Shown here piece after piece: positions 60,226 through 64,000 of a stretch of 64,000 nucleotides of DNA. Each line of letters begins with the position of its first letter. The stretch's first letter is position 1. Below the pieces are notes generated by a model. It had not been told where the DNA came from and did not search any database. It saw nothing but the letters and a program-made list of their open reading frames with translations. The DNA comes from Klebsormidium nitens (lineage: Eukaryota; Plantae; Klebsormidiophyceae). The DNA lies in NCBI GenBank assembly GCA_000708835.1, contig DF237369.1, positions 18,349 through 82,348 on the forward strand, written 5' to 3'. A program made the position numbers and the translations under genes.

Positions 60226-61948
60226 CCTGGGCATGATGTCAACCAACGTTGAATTCGATTTCACTGTTTGCAGTGTCTAGCGGCCCAAGCTGGCTTTCTA
60301 GTAGCCTTTGGATGGAGCAATGGGCGCGGAGTGGATTCACGCTTAGATGCTCCAATGCAATCCTTGTAAACGTGAAGGCAGCCTGGGGCGACGCCTGAAA
60401 TCTGAAGCAGAACATTCGAATTTCCGCGAACCTGTGCACCCTACTCAGATTGACTTTATTGGCATGGTGCAAAAAGAACTCGGGTGTAATTCTTCGGAAA
60501 TTACCCCCGTATGCCTTCAGCGAATTCCGCTCAGGATATTTTCATGCATATCACTGAGTAAGATGCGGCCAGTACTGACTTGGTGAATTGCATTTAACGC
60601 GTATGGTAAGCACTGATCCAATGATGTGCCATTGATGCATGTGGGTATACACTAGACGCCGAGCCTAGCTGGCCTACGGGCCGGGCAGTATTTTTATAAG
60701 CCTAAGTCTGACATAATGTACGTCCTACATATACGCATGTTTATTGCATCGATCATATTGCACATGCAGGGTGCATGAGCCGAGAGCAGGGTCATCCGAC
60801 AATAGCAAGGCTGAAGGCCACAGTGAGTGAGGCAGCCATGCGCAGCGGGCCGCCCCTAGCCTGTCATGCACAGTGACCCAGGTCACTGTCCTTGCATGCC
60901 GACCGGCATGACAGTAGCGCTAGCTTCAGAAAAAGGGCCGCGCGGCACTAAGTCCCATGTCTGAAAAAATGTCACTTTGGTCAAATTACTCAATGACCTG
61001 CGTTGCACAGGCTTTTGAGACTGTCGGAATGCATATTGCTGATCTGCTACCGGCATGGATCTTTTATGATGCTCAGGCTACTTAAAACTGTCTAGCAGGA
61101 AACCTTGGAGGTTGGAGATCAGGACATCTTCCCGTAGATGCACGTGACGACAACGGGCGCGTGGCCGGCCGCGCGATCGGCCCGCCCCGGACCCCGCCCC
61201 CATGCATGCCTACGCAATCGTGTGAACTTGTTGCAATCGGCGCAGTCGCCGTCGGATCCGGAGTCAGATTAAGTCCTATCCTGATGCGACAGCGCATGGT
61301 CAGAAGTATTTGTAGAAGCATCGACCATCACTAAGAGGAAAGCTGGTCAGAGCAAGTCAGATCAGCGATGCAACCCTTTCGTAGCTGAACTTTCTGAAAG
61401 CTTCACCGAGCCAGAGAGCCAGAAACAGATTGAAGGGTTGGCTCTCGTGCATGGTACCTTTCAGCAGATTACAAGGTCGGGGCCGCGGCCCATTTTCTGA
61501 GGACTAAGGTGCGCGGCCGCCGTTGCTCTCTGTCTTGAAGATGTCACGTGCACTCGGCAAGAAGAGACACGAGGAAGATGTGGTCATCGACTGAATGCCG
61601 TGCAGAAGGTCGGAAAGCGGAGACCTTCTTTGACCTGGCTGGTTCAACGGCAATAACAACAAGCTTCAGGCTGCGAAGAACAGTCGACCATTTTGCGGAC
61701 CTTTAGGCCCGCTCCGTTAACTCGGGCTATTCTGAGCTGAAATTCCACCGGAAACACGGTCCCTTGTAGAGAGGGAAAGCGAGTCGAAGCTTAAAATATT
61801 GAAGGATTGCTTCACACCCGTCAAAGCAACCCGAGCGTCAGGCAAACGCAAGGCTTCACACATTCAAGGCCGGCTCTTTGACCATCCCAAGATTGCTGAA
61901 AGGGTTGAAATCAAAGCAGCATCGATCACAAAGGCCGCTCGCATTAAG

Positions 61949-63382
61949 ATGGCGCAATCGCAGTGCACGAAGGCTCTTCTGGTGTGGCTGCTCTTCGCAG
62001 CGGTTTTGCTGGTCGCGAAGGTAAGGTCCCGCTCTCAACAACTCTTTAGCCGCTGTGCTTGCGTGGTCCTTTGAGAGGTCGTGCTCGAGTGCTCGACCTA
62101 GCTGTCTTCTTCCTGTATGTTGAGGGGAGATCTCAGATTCTTGAGTACTGTCGCTCGTGAATCTTTCGCAACAAGGTTTCGGGATGATTCCTTTTGAGAG
62201 CAACCAGCCCTCCTTGAATGCTTTCTGCCAGTAACGTGTTTCATGCACTTGTCTATCGAGAAATTTGCCGAGGAAAGCAAAATGGTCGCGCATTTATAAC
62301 GGAACGAGTCTTGAGTAGTGGGATTGCATAGTGCATGGAAGGAACAGCATCTCACATGTGGAGTGCTCGGATGATGCTCGAAATTCTTCCAATGCTTCCT
62401 GTGCACTTCAGAAATTATTGTTTTTCCATTCGCTTTTCATCTCGCTGGCCCCTACTAATTTCAAGGAAAGAGTGTTTGGAAACGAGAAGCGCCTAGTAAG
62501 TTCAGCATAGCAGTAAAAAAAGCAGGATGCTGGGATTCAGATCGTTCAGTCGCTCTTGTCGTATGTTTCTCAGGACAAATCAATAACCAAGCAGTGCAAT
62601 CTCAGTATGGAACCAAATTTCTTTTTCTCGCGTGCCGTGTGCTTAACATTTTGTTTGATTTGACGATGCTTTCACTTGCAGACCATCAGATGAAATCTGT
62701 TGGTCCTTGGGCTTCTGCGCAATGTATATATAGCGCTCACCTCAGCTGCGCACCCCTCGAAGTTTTGACGCTGCAGGGGACTATCGAAAGGACCCCTCTG
62801 CCCGCGTTAATGTGGGAAGGTGTTACATTCCCTTGTTTAATGAAGCCTTTCGACTTTGGACCTACGTAGGGATGAATTCCCACCGACTTGAGCAGAATCG
62901 TAAGGACAATCTCAATCCCGCATCCTGGCCACGGAATTTTCTTAAAATTCTCACAGCCGAGCTACATAATCGAACGGCCTTAAGCTTTGTGATTGCCGGA
63001 ACGGCGGAATGGAGCTGATTGCCAGAGGTGGCCACATTTGACAAGAACTGACCATCTGCGTGCACTCTGCTAGGCACTTTCATGACTATCTTACTCCGTG
63101 CAGGCGGGTGAGCCCCACTCCGGCCAGTTCCAGCAAGAGGTCCACATGACGTCATCTACGTGCGGGGCAACGTCAGCCGGCCGCCGCGGCCTCCGCGACA
63201 CCCAGACCCAGCTCGCATCCACCACCATGTCCGGCGACGATTCCGGCGGAACGTCCACCGGAACGTCGACCGTCAGCGTGAACGGGCAGAGCGAGACGGT
63301 GACGTGTACCAGAGACGCGGCCGGGAAAGCGACGTGCACCAAGAACGGGCAGCCTTACGCGGCTCCCCCCGGACGTGAGTGA
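61949..63382 (+). CDS. Small putative secreted protein (signal peptide exon plus Thr/Ser/Gly-rich exon with 3 Cys); 3' end uncertain
   Basis: Exon 61949-62020 (MAQSQCTKALLVWLLFAAVLLVAK|gtaagg) splices in phase to 63104 (cag|AGEPHSG...). It either stops at 63382 or uses the donor at 63375 (gtgagt). GC3-rich codon usage. Confidence 0.65.
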
Positions 63383-64000
63383 TTTGACGTCAGCCGCACT
63401 GTTCGGGGCGCATTTTGTCGTTAGGGGCGGATGGTTTTGAAGGCGGATACAGAAATCACACAGATGTCTCGCTAGTTGGCTTCTTCTTTCGAGCTGGCTT
63501 CTTTGGGCCAGCACTTTCGAATATGCTGGACGCGGATTCCTTGGCGAAAATGACAAGGTGAATTGGACAAGAGATAGGGGTAGGCGGAGCATAGATTAGA
63601 CATGTTTCACATCCGCTCACCTCTTCTGTCGTTTGACTTTTGTGAACAGGCGCGGAAACTTCGCATGAAACCAGCTGCTGAGACAAAGGCTGGTACCAAA
63701 GTATAGCTTTTGGTCGGACTCCATTGCTATGATTTTTACTGAATGCTCGAAATCAAAATTCTGCAAGCTTTGGGTTTCGTAAGGTACGAAGGTGTTGGCT
63801 GTCAGATACGCCCATACTTATCCTGGAACTCTAATCTGTTTTTCTCGCTGTCGTGATGCTACGGGTCGTGTCGATAATACCTCGGATCCTATGATGATGC
63901 GCAAACGATACGCTCGAAATGAAAACTATCGTGTCGAATCCTAGCAATCCATCCTAACATGCTCGTGTAGTCGTAGTCATGCAGAAAACGTAGTAACCCA

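Noticed and set aside
1-64000. tRNA, rRNA, snRNA or snoRNA genes
   Set aside because: No cloverleaf, rRNA-like or box C/D-H/ACA structure recognised by eye. Small intronic RNAs cannot be excluded without tRNAscan/Infernal.

Overview
This is eukaryotic nuclear DNA with spliceosomal introns and GC3-rich exons. Plant-type coilin, INH3, TMEM230 and UMPS sequences point to a streptophyte green alga (Klebsormidium-like; this is an inference). I could reconstruct seven genes exon by exon with in-phase splice junctions: an L-type/APC amino-acid transporter (-, 10 exons, 15 kb), bifunctional UMP synthase (+, 9 exons), an intronless F-box/LRR gene (-), TMEM230 (+), PP1 inhibitor-3 (-), a plastid-type low-molecular-weight tyrosine phosphatase (-) and a very long coilin (+). 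A small secreted protein starts near the right edge. The first ~15.5 kb and the two giant introns of the transporter are filled with decayed minus-strand copies that appear related to the intact F-box/LRR gene. The most unusual signal is a set of serial 'echoes' of exon edges in adjacent introns of unrelated genes. These echoes keep their splice signals, and the outermost copies are generally the most decayed. The clearest acceptor-side echoes recur every 135-141 bp in two different genes, and one UMPS echo differs from the real exon only at synonymous sites (11 changes, 32 identical codons). I saw no rRNA, tRNA, CRISPR array or intact transposon. All alignments were done by eye.
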